From Planctomycetota bacterium (GTDB taxonomy: Bacteria; Planctomycetota; Phycisphaerae; Sedimentisphaerales; Anaerobacaceae): a stretch of DNA of 64,000 nt. The notes below the pieces were generated by a model, which saw only the letters and a list, made by a program, of their open reading frames with translations, made no database searches and had not been told where the DNA came from. The position numbers were made by a program, and so were the translations under genes. The stretch spans positions 1,443-65,442 of the forward strand of contig JACNGQ010000180.1 in the NCBI GenBank assembly GCA_014384025.1, read 5' to 3'. Within the stretch, counting starts at the first letter, position 1. Every line of letters starts with the position of its first letter. Shown one piece after another: positions 29,219-39,152 of the stretch.

Positions 29219-31066
29219 ATGGGACAGATAGTTGTCCTTGACCAGAATATGATTAATATGATTGCAGCCGGTGAGGTTATAGAACGGCCTGCCAGCGTGG
29301 TCAAGGAACTAATGGAAAACAGTATCGATTCGGGGGCAACAAAAATAAAGGTGTCCATCGAAGACGGAGGCCGAAAACTGATCTCGATTACAGATAACGG
29401 CTGCGGAATGGACGGCGAAGACCTGGCCAGGGCATTTGAGCCACACACCACGAGTAAAATCAAAACCAGTTCAGACTTGCAGGGCATCTCAACGCTTGGT
29501 TTTAGAGGCGAGGCATTGGCAAGTATCGCTTCGGTCTCACAAGTAAAGTGTACGAGCAGAACGAAGGGCCAGAGCGGCGCCAACTGCATTGAGATAGATT
29601 GCGGCAACAAGAGCGACATCAGCCCCGCCAGCGCAGATTACGGTACAACAATCCAGGTCAGAGACATTTTCTATAAGTTACCGGCCCGGAGGAAATTCTT
29701 AAGAACAGCCAACACAGAAATGGGCCATATCGCCGAACAATTCAAACGCATTGCATTAGCAAACGGCAATCTGGATTTGACGCTGATACATAACAGTAGA
29801 GAGCTTTACAGGCTTTCAGATAAAGAGCATCTTCACCAGCGCATAGCGGAACTATCCCCAATACCTTCGAGCGGGATTTCTGAAAATCTGATTGAGGCCG
29901 AAAGTAATGAAAAAAGTTTACATATCCTTGCCTTGATGGGCAAACCGAGCATCTCAAGAACAAGCAATAAGTTTCAATATGTATTTCTAAACGGCCGATT
30001 CATCCGGGACAAATTCATTTCGCATGCAATCAAAGAGGCATATCGCGGCCTTCTGGAACCGAACAGATTCCCTGTCGTTTTTCTGTTTATCCAAATGCCC
30101 TATGAAGACTACGACGTGAACGTACACCCGACCAAGAGCGAAGTGCGTTTTTATAACTCCAATCTGGTTCATTCGCAAATCCTTGGCTGTCTTCGGGAAA
30201 AGCTTTTAGGCACAGACCTCCAGAGTCATGCAGTACTGCCAACTGCAACTGGTTCGCTCGAAATGCAGGGAATCCCGGCCCCGGGCCATAGAAGGGAGGC
30301 AATTTCCGATGCCATGGCTGAATTTTTCAAAAAGCACCGACCGGTTCAAACCCAACAACAATTCAGCTATAAACCAAAACAGCAAATTGTAGCGCTTCGC
30401 CCTTTGGCCGGACAGACACCCGAAAGCCACACAGGGGCGGCTATGGTTTCGGCTTTTACTCAAACGAGCCAGCCGGTGCCGGAGGTTCGCTCGGAACAAA
30501 GAAAATTCATACAAATACACGACAGCTTTATCGTCGTGCAGACCGATGAGGGATTCGTAATTATCGACCAGCATGCACTGCATGAGCGGATAATTTACGA
30601 AGATTTGTGCAAGCGAATACGAAAAAGCAAACTCGAATCGCAGAAACTGCTGATACCCGAAAGCTTCAATGTTACCCCCTCTGACGCTGATTTGCTTAAC
30701 ACTAATGCCGAACTGCTCGAAAAGTTGGGAATTGAGGTTGTACCGTTCGGTCCCAGGGCCATGGCCATCCAAGCTTTTCCGACTTTATTGACCAAGGCCA
30801 ACCCACTTGATTTTGTCCAGGATTTAATTGACCTACTCGGCCGTAAGGACATAAACCTTGACGGCGAAAGGCTGCTCGATGAGGTTTTGAATATGGCAGC
30901 ATGCAAGGCGGCAATCAAGGCCGGCCAAAGATTAACGGACATCGAAATAGAACACTTGCTCCTGGATAAAGTAAACACCGAATCCGCAAGCCGCTGTCCA
31001 CATGGCAGGCCCACCACGATAAAATTTTCAATAAGTGATTTGGAAAAACAATTTAAGAGGACCTGA
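29219..31066 (+). CDS. mutL: DNA mismatch repair protein MutL
   Basis: GHKL ATPase motifs IAAGEVIERPASVVKELMENSIDSGAT and DNGCGM. C-terminal dimerisation region FIVVQTDEGFVIIDQHALHERIIYE. Confidence 0.92.
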   Translation: MGQIVVLDQNMINMIAAGEVIERPASVVKELMENSIDSGATKIKVSIEDGGRKLISITDNGCGMDGEDLARAFEPHTTSKIKTSSDLQGISTLGFRGEALASIASVSQVKCTSRTKGQSGANCIEIDCGNKSDISPASADYGTTIQVRDIFYKLPARRKFLRTANTEMGHIAEQFKRIALANGNLDLTLIHNSRELYRLSDKEHLHQRIAELSPIPSSGISENLIEAESNEKSLHILALMGKPSISRTSNKFQYVFLNGRFIRDKFISHAIKEAYRGLLEPNRFPVVFLFIQMPYEDYDVNVHPTKSEVRFYNSNLVHSQILGCLREKLLGTDLQSHAVLPTATGSLEMQGIPAPGHRREAISDAMAEFFKKHRPVQTQQQFSYKPKQQIVALRPLAGQTPESHTGAAMVSAFTQTSQPVPEVRSEQRKFIQIHDSFIVVQTDEGFVIIDQHALHERIIYEDLCKRIRKSKLESQKLLIPESFNVTPSDADLLNTNAELLEKLGIEVVPFGPRAMAIQAFPTLLTKANPLDFVQDLIDLLGRKDINLDGERLLDEVLNMAACKAAIKAGQRLTDIEIEHLLLDKVNTESASRCPHGRPTTIKFSISDLEKQFKRT

Positions 31067-31962
31067 TGAATAAGTGGTGGTGGCTACTATTAATATTCAC
31101 ATGCTGGAGTGCCGCAGGATTTGCCATATTCGATATCCAACAGAGGCAAGACTGTGACGATACCCCCCTGCCGACGAGGGCCGACAGAATTGTATCTTTA
31201 GCTCCAAATCTCACGGAAATTCTTTTTGCGCTCGGACTGGAGAAAGAAATAGTGCGAGTTACACTTTACAGTGATTATCCTCCGGCAGCGGCAAAAAAGC
31301 CAAAGGCCGGTACATTCTGGCAGCCGAACATCGAAGCTATAATATCGGCCAGGCCCGACCTGATAGTTACACTTGGATTCGAACAGCAGAAAAACCTTGC
31401 TGAGCGGCTCAAACGTATCAACTATAACTGCCTGACAGTGAACATTGAAAAGGTAAATGACCTTTATGAGGCTTTTGAGACAATCGGCGTAGCCACCGGT
31501 AAACAGCACCAGGCAAATGGACTGGTAACCAACATCAGGGACAATTTGGACAAACTCTCGGCTTTGGTTGGAACGGAGGCAAAAGTCAGAGTGCTCTGGG
31601 TCGTCCAGAGAGAGCCGTTACGAGTGGCCGGGCGCGATACGTTTGTGAATGAAATGATTGAATTGGCCGGCGGAGAAAATGCTATTGGCCCGACATTACA
31701 TAAATACCCTCCAATCGGAGCAGAGCAGGTCATTGTCTGTGGCGCTGATGTCATCATCGAACCATCAATGCAGCAGAAAAACCTGGCTGCCCAGCAAAAT
31801 ACAGCACTGAAATATTGGAGTAAGTTTGAAAACGTACCGGCAGTGGCTAATGAGCGGATTTACATCATACAAGGTGATATCGTCTCGCGACTTAGCCCAC
31901 GACTGTACGAGGGAATCGAAACTATCGCCCAATGCTTAAGACCTGAGCTTTTTGAGAATTGA
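31066..31962 (+). CDS. ABC transporter periplasmic binding protein, cobalamin/iron-chelate (BtuF/FecB-like) family
   Basis: Signal/TM N-terminus followed by RIVSLAPNLTEILFALGL and PDLIV, typical of class III substrate-binding proteins. Confidence 0.8.
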   Translation: MNKWWWLLLIFTCWSAAGFAIFDIQQRQDCDDTPLPTRADRIVSLAPNLTEILFALGLEKEIVRVTLYSDYPPAAAKKPKAGTFWQPNIEAIISARPDLIVTLGFEQQKNLAERLKRINYNCLTVNIEKVNDLYEAFETIGVATGKQHQANGLVTNIRDNLDKLSALVGTEAKVRVLWVVQREPLRVAGRDTFVNEMIELAGGENAIGPTLHKYPPIGAEQVIVCGADVIIEPSMQQKNLAAQQNTALKYWSKFENVPAVANERIYIIQGDIVSRLSPRLYEGIETIAQCLRPELFEN

Positions 31963-32998
31963 AGCAATGAAGGAATTGCTGACACCAAAAAAGTTAGTCA
32001 TAAGGACTGTATCGGCCCTTACCGTGCTCGCAGTGGTGATGTTCACCTGCTCTCTGATTGGTACCGAGAGCATTTCGCTTAAAGCAGTATTCGGGGGTGC
32101 AGATATACAGGAATCAGTAAATCCAGACTATGAAATATTCGTTAAGGTCAGGCTTCCTCGAATTATTCTCGCCTGCCTTGTCGGAGCGGCGCTGGCATGT
32201 TCGGGTGTGGTTTTCCAGGCACTTTTGCGTAATCCCCTTGCTGACCCATATATATTAGGAATATCGAGCGGCGCGGGCTTAGGAGTAATTATCGCAGTTA
32301 TCAGCGGTCTGGACTGGATGCTTTTGGGGCGCTCACCGATAGCATTTTTCGCATTCGCAGGGGCATTAGGAACAATTTGGCTTGTATGGTTCATCGGCCG
32401 CCTGACGGGAAAGTTTCACGTAACCGGCCTGCTGCTCGCAGGAGTTGTGGTCAACGCCTTCTTTTCGGCTGTTATTATGTTCCTGACATCAATCGCAAAA
32501 AGCCAACAGGTTTATTCAACGATATTCTGGTTGATGGGGAATATAACGGAGGAAGATTTTCTTGTACTGTGGCTCGGAGCCGGATTTGTAGTCACAGGGA
32601 TATTAGCGTTATTCTACATAAGTCCACAGTTAAACGCTCTTAGCTTCGGTGAGGAAGATGCCAGAAGTATGGGCGTAAACATCGCCAGAACTCAGCTAAT
32701 CGCTTTTGGGATTGCAGCGGCCATAACAGCCATCGCAGTCAGTTTGAGCGGGCTGATAGGATTTGTCGGTCTGCTCGTACCGCACGCAGTCCGGCTGATA
32801 TTCGGCCCCGACCATCGTCAACTGCTCCCTCTAAGCGGTATCTTCGGGGCGATATTCCTGGTAATCGCTGATACACTGGCACGGGTTATCATCGCTCCGG
32901 CACAGTTGCCTGTTGGAGTGGTAACAGCCATCCTCGGCGGGCCGTTTTTCCTGGTCCTTTTAGTCAAATACAGTAGAAAAGTCAGTTGGTTAAGATGA
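31952..32998 (+). CDS. FecCD/BtuC-family ABC transporter permease
   Basis: 348-aa multi-TM ORF with GAALACSGVVFQALLRNPLADPYILGISSGAGLG, the FecCD signature region. Confidence 0.85.
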   Translation: MRIEAMKELLTPKKLVIRTVSALTVLAVVMFTCSLIGTESISLKAVFGGADIQESVNPDYEIFVKVRLPRIILACLVGAALACSGVVFQALLRNPLADPYILGISSGAGLGVIIAVISGLDWMLLGRSPIAFFAFAGALGTIWLVWFIGRLTGKFHVTGLLLAGVVVNAFFSAVIMFLTSIAKSQQVYSTIFWLMGNITEEDFLVLWLGAGFVVTGILALFYISPQLNALSFGEEDARSMGVNIARTQLIAFGIAAAITAIAVSLSGLIGFVGLLVPHAVRLIFGPDHRQLLPLSGIFGAIFLVIADTLARVIIAPAQLPVGVVTAILGGPFFLVLLVKYSRKVSWLR

Positions 32999-33813
32999 GC
33001 GCTATTATTGAGGTTAAAAATCTAAGCTTCGGTTATACACCGCAAAACACGATTTTGAAAGACATCAGCTTCGAAATCAAAGCGGGGACATTCCTGGCAA
33101 TAGCCGGTCCCAATGGAGCCGGAAAGAGCACACTGCTTAACCTGCTGTGCAGAGCACTAAAACCAAAATCGGGAACCATAAAAATTGACGCGATACCAAT
33201 AGAATCATACAACTGGGAAGCTCTTGCCGGAAAAGTGGCAGTCGTCAGGCAGGAATTTGTGCCGGTATTCGGCTTTTCTGTAATAGAAACGGTTTTAATG
33301 GCAAGAACGCCATATTTCGGAACATTCGGGTTCGAGAACAAAACAGACAAACAGATAGTTAACGAAGCGCTCGAGGCGACCGACACGGCTCAGTTTGCCT
33401 CGCGTCCCCTTGGAAGCCTCAGCGGTGGTGAGCGGCAGCGGGTTTTTATCGCAAGGGCGCTTGCGGCAAACAGCCCTGTTTTGCTTTTAGACGAGCCTAC
33501 GAGCTTTCTGGATTTGAAACATCAGGTTGGCATATATGACTTGCTCAAAAGCACACAACTGGAACAAGGCAAGACGATTGTGTCTATAACGCACGATATC
33601 AACCTGGCAGCTCAATATTGTGACCAAATTTTACTTCTTGGCGCCGATGGCAATTATCATATCGGCGAAACTAAAGATGTTTTTTCCACTGAGCAAATAG
33701 AGAAAGTTTTCGGGGTCCGGACATTCGTAGGCAGCCTCGGCAAGGAAAATTTCTTTATTCCGCTGGGAAAATTTGCAAAAGACAGCGGTCAAATCACCGA
33801 TAAACATATATAA
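32986..33813 (+). CDS. ABC transporter ATP-binding protein (BtuD/FepC-like)
   Basis: Walker A GPNGAGKSTLL, signature LSGGERQRVFIARAL, Walker B LLLDEPTSFLD. Confidence 0.85.
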   Translation: MVKMSAIIEVKNLSFGYTPQNTILKDISFEIKAGTFLAIAGPNGAGKSTLLNLLCRALKPKSGTIKIDAIPIESYNWEALAGKVAVVRQEFVPVFGFSVIETVLMARTPYFGTFGFENKTDKQIVNEALEATDTAQFASRPLGSLSGGERQRVFIARALAANSPVLLLDEPTSFLDLKHQVGIYDLLKSTQLEQGKTIVSITHDINLAAQYCDQILLLGADGNYHIGETKDVFSTEQIEKVFGVRTFVGSLGKENFFIPLGKFAKDSGQITDKHI

Positions 33814-33878
33814 AAACAATGGGTGGCTGACGTAACCACTTATTTATTAAGACGTTACGGCTTTTCAAGCAAATTATC

Positions 33879-33907
33879 TTGAACAATCTTATTGTACTGG
33901 CTATACT
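33879..33907 (+). promoter_or_regulatory. Candidate sigma-70 promoter upstream of the dksA-like gene and yacG
   Basis: TTGAAC at 33879-33884, a 17-nt spacer, then TATACT at 33902-33907. Confidence 0.35.
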
Positions 33908-34026
33908 TTTGCCGCTCGAACAGCAGCCTTTGGATAAAACAAATACTATACATAATACACTTTAAGGTGTTATAATAAGATTTTGTAGAAACTGTAAAAT
34001 TAGCAGTAAGAAAGGTAAACCATCAA

Positions 34027-34476
34027 GTGGCACAAAAACGCAAAAAAGCATCAAGAGCAAAAGTGAGTTCTACACGGACAAAGAAACGCTCGTTGAGTTC
34101 AGCCGATATGAAGCATTTTAGGCTAATACTTTTGGAAAAGCGCAGGGAAATCCTGAATAACGTAAACGATATTGAAGGTGAAGCCCTGAAGAAATCCCGA
34201 ATGGATGCAAGCGGTGACTTGTCAAGTATGCCAATCCATATGGCGGATATCGGAACCGATAACTACGAACAGGAATTTGCTTTGGAACTGATGGACGGTG
34301 AAAGGAAAATGCTCAGAGAAATCGATGAAGCACTCGGACGTATCGAAAAGCAAACTTATGGCATCTGCGAAGCCACCGGCAAGTTGATACGGAAGGCCCG
34401 CCTTGAAGCTCAGCCATGGGCCAAGTATTGTGTCGAGTATGCACGAATGCTGGAACAGGGCCTCGTGCAAGAATAA
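34027..34476 (+). CDS. DksA/TraR-family protein
   Basis: 149 aa. Coiled-coil region with the acidic tip IHMADIGTDNYEQEF, and a C-terminal QTYGICEATGKLIRKARLEAQPWAKYC. The zinc-finger cysteines are only partly retained. Confidence 0.7.
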   Translation: MAQKRKKASRAKVSSTRTKKRSLSSADMKHFRLILLEKRREILNNVNDIEGEALKKSRMDASGDLSSMPIHMADIGTDNYEQEFALELMDGERKMLREIDEALGRIEKQTYGICEATGKLIRKARLEAQPWAKYCVEYARMLEQGLVQE

Positions 34477-34499
34477 TAAATATAACAATTTATATTAAT

Positions 34500-34718
34500 A
34501 TGAAACACAGATGTCCTGTCTGCAACAAAATCGTTCAAGGAACAATTCAAGGACGTTCTAAAAAAGCCATATTCTTTCCCTTCTGCTCGAAACGGTGCAA
34601 GTTTATAGATTTGGGCGCGTGGCTGGATTCCGAATATACATTAGTTTCCAGACTACAATCACAAGATTCAGACGAACCATCCGGCACATCCTCCGAAGGC
34701 GCCTCTGATAAGCACTAA
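34500..34718 (+). CDS. yacG: DNA gyrase inhibitor YacG-like zinc-finger protein
   Basis: Start at the internal ATG 34500 (MKHRCPVCNK). CPVC...FFPFCSKRCKFIDLGAWL matches the YacG CPxC...PFCSxRCxxxDLGxW pattern. Confidence 0.75.
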   Translation: MKHRCPVCNKIVQGTIQGRSKKAIFFPFCSKRCKFIDLGAWLDSEYTLVSRLQSQDSDEPSGTSSEGASDKH

Positions 34719-34840
34719 ACAACAGCACAATAACAAAATCTTATGAAATCTGTTGAAACCTACCGATAATACGTTATAAATATTTCCGGTTATTCTTCAC
34801 CAGACCAATATCGATTGTAACCTTTTATGAAGGAATCAAA

Positions 34841-36133
34841 ATGGTCAGCGAAAATAATTCCTCAATAGTTTTCGAAGGACTTCTTTTTCCGAAAATATTC
34901 CGCACTTTCAGAATGGCTATTCAGCCAACCAAATTGATAATTATTTTTTCCGCACTGATCATTATATGCCTGGCCGGCTGGATTATGGACCACAGCGAAA
35001 CAGTAGCCTGCAAGCGAAACACTAAGGGGAAAATAATAGAAACAGAGTTACAAATTTATATGGCCAATCAAAGCCAAATACATAAATACATCGAAACAAA
35101 CCGGGGAAAAAGTCGTGGTACGGGAGTATTTTCCACACTTTGGCATTTCACGGCCGCAACATTCCAGGCTTCAGTAGATTCGGTATTTGAATTAAAAATC
35201 AAGGGTGTCGGGAAAAATATCAAAGAATATTTCAAGGCGGCAGGATGGGCGTTAAGGCACCACTTTATTTATTGTATAATCTTTTTTGTAATATACCTTT
35301 GTGTAATTTCCATCGCCGGCGGAGCTATCTGCCGAATCGCCGCACTTCAGTTTGCCCGTGGTGAAAAACCAGGTCTGACCGAAGCACTTCGATTCAGTAC
35401 ACAAAGGTTCACAAGTTTTTTTCTCGCCCCATTGACACCCATAGGGATAATCATCGTTCCAGTATTATTCATCTTTATCCTCGGCCTGATAGGCAATATT
35501 CCCTGGGTTGGTGAGCTGATAATAGGTATCTCAATGCCGTTAGCTTTGATCGCAGGGGCACTTATCACGGTCGTGTTAATAGGGATGTTCGCAGGATTCA
35601 ACCTGATGTTCCCCGCTGTAGCATACGACGGCTCCGACTGTTTTGATTCGATAAGCCGTTCCTTTAGTTATGTCTATGCAAAACCCTGGCGAATGGGTTT
35701 TTACACAACAATAGCCGCTGTATATGGCGCAATTAGTTATACATTTGTCCGCCTCTTCTCATTTATACTGCTATTCGCGACACACCTTTTTCTGGAACTT
35801 GGTATCTTGGTGAAAATCGAAAATGTCAGTAAGCTTACAGCAATCTGGCCCAAACCGACACTTACGAAATTGATTGACTATTCAGATATAGCAACAACCA
35901 ACTGGACCGAATCAATAGCGGCCTTTTTGGTGTACTTATTTTTGCTGGCCGTTGTTGGTTTAGTAGTTTCTTTCATAATAAGCTTTTATTTCTCTGCCAA
36001 TACCATAATCTACTCGCTTATGCGCTATAAAGTAGACAATACAGCTATTGAGGATATGTATACATATTTCGATGAAACAGAAATCGAGCCCGTCATAACA
36101 GATTCTAAGACCGAACAAAACCCACCGGTTTAA
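34841..36133 (+). CDS. Hypothetical polytopic membrane protein
   Basis: 430-aa ORF with about 8 hydrophobic segments. No family recognised. Confidence 0.55.
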   Translation: MVSENNSSIVFEGLLFPKIFRTFRMAIQPTKLIIIFSALIIICLAGWIMDHSETVACKRNTKGKIIETELQIYMANQSQIHKYIETNRGKSRGTGVFSTLWHFTAATFQASVDSVFELKIKGVGKNIKEYFKAAGWALRHHFIYCIIFFVIYLCVISIAGGAICRIAALQFARGEKPGLTEALRFSTQRFTSFFLAPLTPIGIIIVPVLFIFILGLIGNIPWVGELIIGISMPLALIAGALITVVLIGMFAGFNLMFPAVAYDGSDCFDSISRSFSYVYAKPWRMGFYTTIAAVYGAISYTFVRLFSFILLFATHLFLELGILVKIENVSKLTAIWPKPTLTKLIDYSDIATTNWTESIAAFLVYLFLLAVVGLVVSFIISFYFSANTIIYSLMRYKVDNTAIEDMYTYFDETEIEPVITDSKTEQNPPV

Positions 36134-36198
36134 TCATCTGAATCCTCAACAATCACCTTATTCAATAACATTTTTGTTCCGAAAATAAATGTTAAATT

Positions 36199-36228
36199 CC
36201 GAGATTCTTTTGAATTCCGGTTTTTTTT
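36199..36228 (+). terminator. Candidate intrinsic terminator
   Basis: CCGAGATTC / GAATTCCGG imperfect stem (36199-36220, loop TTTT) followed by T8 (36221-36228). Confidence 0.45.
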
Positions 36229-36316
36229 CTTCCGATTAACCTTAAAAAGTGGATTTGTACCAATTGGCTACGTTTTGGTTCAGAGTACGTCAGATAAAAT
36301 CGTCGTATAGAGGAAT

Positions 36317-38317
36317 ATGATCGAGATAGACATAAATCACAGACCAAACAAAAAGAACAAATATCCAGTAGAATCTCCAGCTTCCCTACCGGCATGGCTG
36401 CTGCGTTACCGTAGGCCTTTGATTATGCTTGCTCATATAACCGCTTTCGCTTCTTCTTTGATGCTATCCTTCCTAGTGATACATAATATGAATTTTGAAA
36501 AACCTGGCTGGGTAGATATATATCCAACGTTGTTACTGTTTTTTCTTATTGTAAAGCTGTCTGTATTCGGGTTTTTCAAACAATATCGGGGTTGGTGGCG
36601 CTACGTTGGGATTTCCGATCTTCGCGGGATATTGTGGGCTTCATTCGTAAGTACATTAATTATCGTCTTTGTATGGTTTGTAACAGCCAACATCGAAGCC
36701 GTTCGTGCAAATATACCCCCGGACCTTCACAGACCCGCCGAAGGTGTATGTATAGCCGACATGTTCGCCACCATTGTGCTGCTAAGTGGATTACGAATAA
36801 TAATACGTCTATACTATGAGGAATTTCGAACTTCAGAAGCAGGCCGAATGAAACGCTTTGTTATAGTCGGTGCAGGCAATGCAGGAGAAGCACTGCTTCG
36901 AGAAATGCACCGTATGACCGTGGCCGAGTATGAAGTTGTCGGCTTTATTGATGATGACCCAGCTAAAAAAGGCACAAATATTCATGGAATACCTGTCCTT
37001 GGCGATGTTGAGCAACTGCCGCAGGTATGTCAGGAGCGAAACATCGAAGAAATTGCCATTGCAATACCATCGGCGAGTCATCAGCAGCTCAGACGTGTAA
37101 TCCAGGTATGTGAAGGTACAAAGATCCGCTTCCGTACCGTACCGTCAATTACGGATATAGCCTCGGGCAAGTTTCGTGTCTCCCAGATTCGAGATGTTGA
37201 TATCAATGATTTGTTAGGCAGAGAAGCTGTGCAGCTTGATCTGGACCTTATAGAAAACTTTGCACGAGACAAAATAATTCTGGTTACCGGCGCCGGCGGT
37301 TCCATCGGTTCGGAAATGTGCAGACAGCTATGCAATTTCAATCCGAAGCTGCTTTTGCTTGTCGAGCAGGCGGAAAATCCACTATTCTATATCGAGCGTG
37401 AATTGTGCACACAATTTCCCGCAGTCTCCATAAAAGCGATTATTTGTGACATTACCGACAGAGGCCGAGTGTGCGAAATTTTCGAAAATTATAAACCGCA
37501 GGTCGTTATTCACGCCGCTGCCCATAAGCACGTACCTTTGATGGAGCTTAATGCCGGCGAAGCCATCAAGAACAATATTATTGGTACACAAACCGTCGCC
37601 GATGCGGCAGATAATAACAAAACGACTAACTTCGTAATGATCAGCACCGACAAAGCCGTTAACCCGACCAGTATAATGGGCTCATCAAAGCGAATTGCGG
37701 AAATGTATATCCAGGACCTTAACAGAACCAGTAAAACTCACTTTGTAACTGTTCGCTTTGGTAACGTGCTTGGCTCTGACGGTTCAGTTGTACCTATCTT
37801 CAAAAAACAAATAGCCCGGGGCGGCCCGGTGACTGTTACACATCCAGAAATGAAACGCTATTTTATGACCATACCCGAGGCAAGCCAACTCGTGCTTCAG
37901 GCGGCGACAATGGGAAAAGGCGGGGAAATCTTCGTCCTTGATATGGGCGAGCCTGTTAAAATCGTGGACCTAGCTAGAGAACTAATTACACTCAGCGGAT
38001 TCAAACCCAAGGAAGACATTGCAGAGCCAGACATTGCAGAGGATGAAATTGAAATAGTATTTACTGGTCCTAGACCCGGCGAGAAGCTCTTTGAGGAACT
38101 GCGAATAGAAGGCGAAGACATGCAGCGTACGAGGCATCCCAAAATCAGCATATGGAATAATATTCCGATGGACCGTTATAGGCTTTGGGCCGGTATAAAC
38201 GAATTGATAAATATCGCGAAAGCACAAAACCACAGCCAAATAATTGAAAAAATCAAGGAACTCATACCGGAATATATTGGCCGGACTACTACCTCCACAG
38301 AACCCGCCAATACTTAA
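36317..38317 (+). CDS. Membrane-anchored polysaccharide biosynthesis NDP-sugar 4,6-dehydratase/epimerase (CapD/WbpM/PglF-like)
   Basis: 666 aa. N-terminal TM segments, Rossmann motifs VIVGAGNAGEAL and ILVTGAGGSIGSE, HAAAHKHVPLME, and STDKAVNPTSIMGSSKR. Confidence 0.85.
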   Translation: MIEIDINHRPNKKNKYPVESPASLPAWLLRYRRPLIMLAHITAFASSLMLSFLVIHNMNFEKPGWVDIYPTLLLFFLIVKLSVFGFFKQYRGWWRYVGISDLRGILWASFVSTLIIVFVWFVTANIEAVRANIPPDLHRPAEGVCIADMFATIVLLSGLRIIIRLYYEEFRTSEAGRMKRFVIVGAGNAGEALLREMHRMTVAEYEVVGFIDDDPAKKGTNIHGIPVLGDVEQLPQVCQERNIEEIAIAIPSASHQQLRRVIQVCEGTKIRFRTVPSITDIASGKFRVSQIRDVDINDLLGREAVQLDLDLIENFARDKIILVTGAGGSIGSEMCRQLCNFNPKLLLLVEQAENPLFYIERELCTQFPAVSIKAIICDITDRGRVCEIFENYKPQVVIHAAAHKHVPLMELNAGEAIKNNIIGTQTVADAADNNKTTNFVMISTDKAVNPTSIMGSSKRIAEMYIQDLNRTSKTHFVTVRFGNVLGSDGSVVPIFKKQIARGGPVTVTHPEMKRYFMTIPEASQLVLQAATMGKGGEIFVLDMGEPVKIVDLARELITLSGFKPKEDIAEPDIAEDEIEIVFTGPRPGEKLFEELRIEGEDMQRTRHPKISIWNNIPMDRYRLWAGINELINIAKAQNHSQIIEKIKELIPEYIGRTTTSTEPANT

Positions 38318-38372
38318 GACCCCCCCCAAAAAAAGGAGCTAACAACTTGTACTCTTATGCGCTTATGTTCTA

Positions 38373-38603
38373 CTATGGTATCCTCTTGTCGGTCAGTTTA
38401 CTTGGTCTATCAAGCAGCATAAACGAATCTAAATCTTCCATCATCCCCTGACGGTTAAGACGAAGAGTCCGTCGGTGTCTTCTGTGCCCTTCGGCCGCAG
38501 TTTCACCCATCTGATCATAAGACCTGCACCCTAATGGTACTAAAAACAAAGCACACAAAATAACAACTTGTATTACCTTCCAAGCAGAAATGCTTTTCAT
38601 CAT
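38373..38603 (-). CDS. Small putative lipoprotein
   Basis: 76-aa ORF with a signal peptide ending in the lipobox-like LVPLGC. No family recognised. Confidence 0.4.
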   Translation of the reverse strand: MMKSISAWKVIQVVILCALFLVPLGCRSYDQMGETAAEGHRRHRRTLRLNRQGMMEDLDSFMLLDRPSKLTDKRIP

Positions 38604-38927
38604 AATTCCCTCTTTGAAATCCTACATCATGGCTACAGTTATCGGGCGGGTCTTATTTATAAGCCAGCCTGTGTCTTTATTATTTAAAGGGCAAAAAACA
38701 TACCCCTAACTCGTTACATTATAACAGCCGCCAATGCCGTTGTCAAGCCCATTGCCAATTTCCTGCCCCTATAACATGCAATATTTCCCACTTATAGTGC
38801 TTCCAACTGGATTTTCTGCTTATTTTCTAATCTGACCAATACAAAAATGCCACTTTACACGGAAAATAATCACCCATGGAAATACCAGAAAAAGTCTTGT
38901 TCTGGCCCACAAAACGGCTTTTATTCT

Positions 38928-38954
38928 GAAATTGCCCCTCTTATATGCCGATAA
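38928..38954 (+). promoter_or_regulatory. Possible sigma-28 (FliA) type promoter
   Basis: GAAATTGC (38928-38935), 11 nt, then GCCGATAA (38947-38954). The textbook consensus is TAAAGTTT-N11-GCCGATAA. The -10 is an exact match and lies about 200 nt upstream of the PAS kinase. Chance alone predicts about two exact 8-mers in this window, so the call is weak. Confidence 0.2.
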
Positions 38955-39152
38955 GCCTCGTAATCAAGTGGAATACGATATAAGACCGGACGAAACCGGA
39001 AAAGAACGACTCTGAAGCTTACTTTTTAGCATGAGCTGAGAGATTAAGGAACGTCACTCACAAGTGAGCTTGACTATACTTGAACTTGTAATGAACGCGA
39101 GCAGGGGACACACGGCTATGGCAGATAACAACCGTAGCAACAACACAATAAT

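Noticed and set aside
34028-34042. A sigma-54-like element TGGCAC-N5-CGCA.
   Set aside because: It coincides with the GTG start codon and first codons of the dksA-like gene, and the -12 element is CGC rather than TGC. I found no better GG-N10-GC candidate elsewhere in the window.
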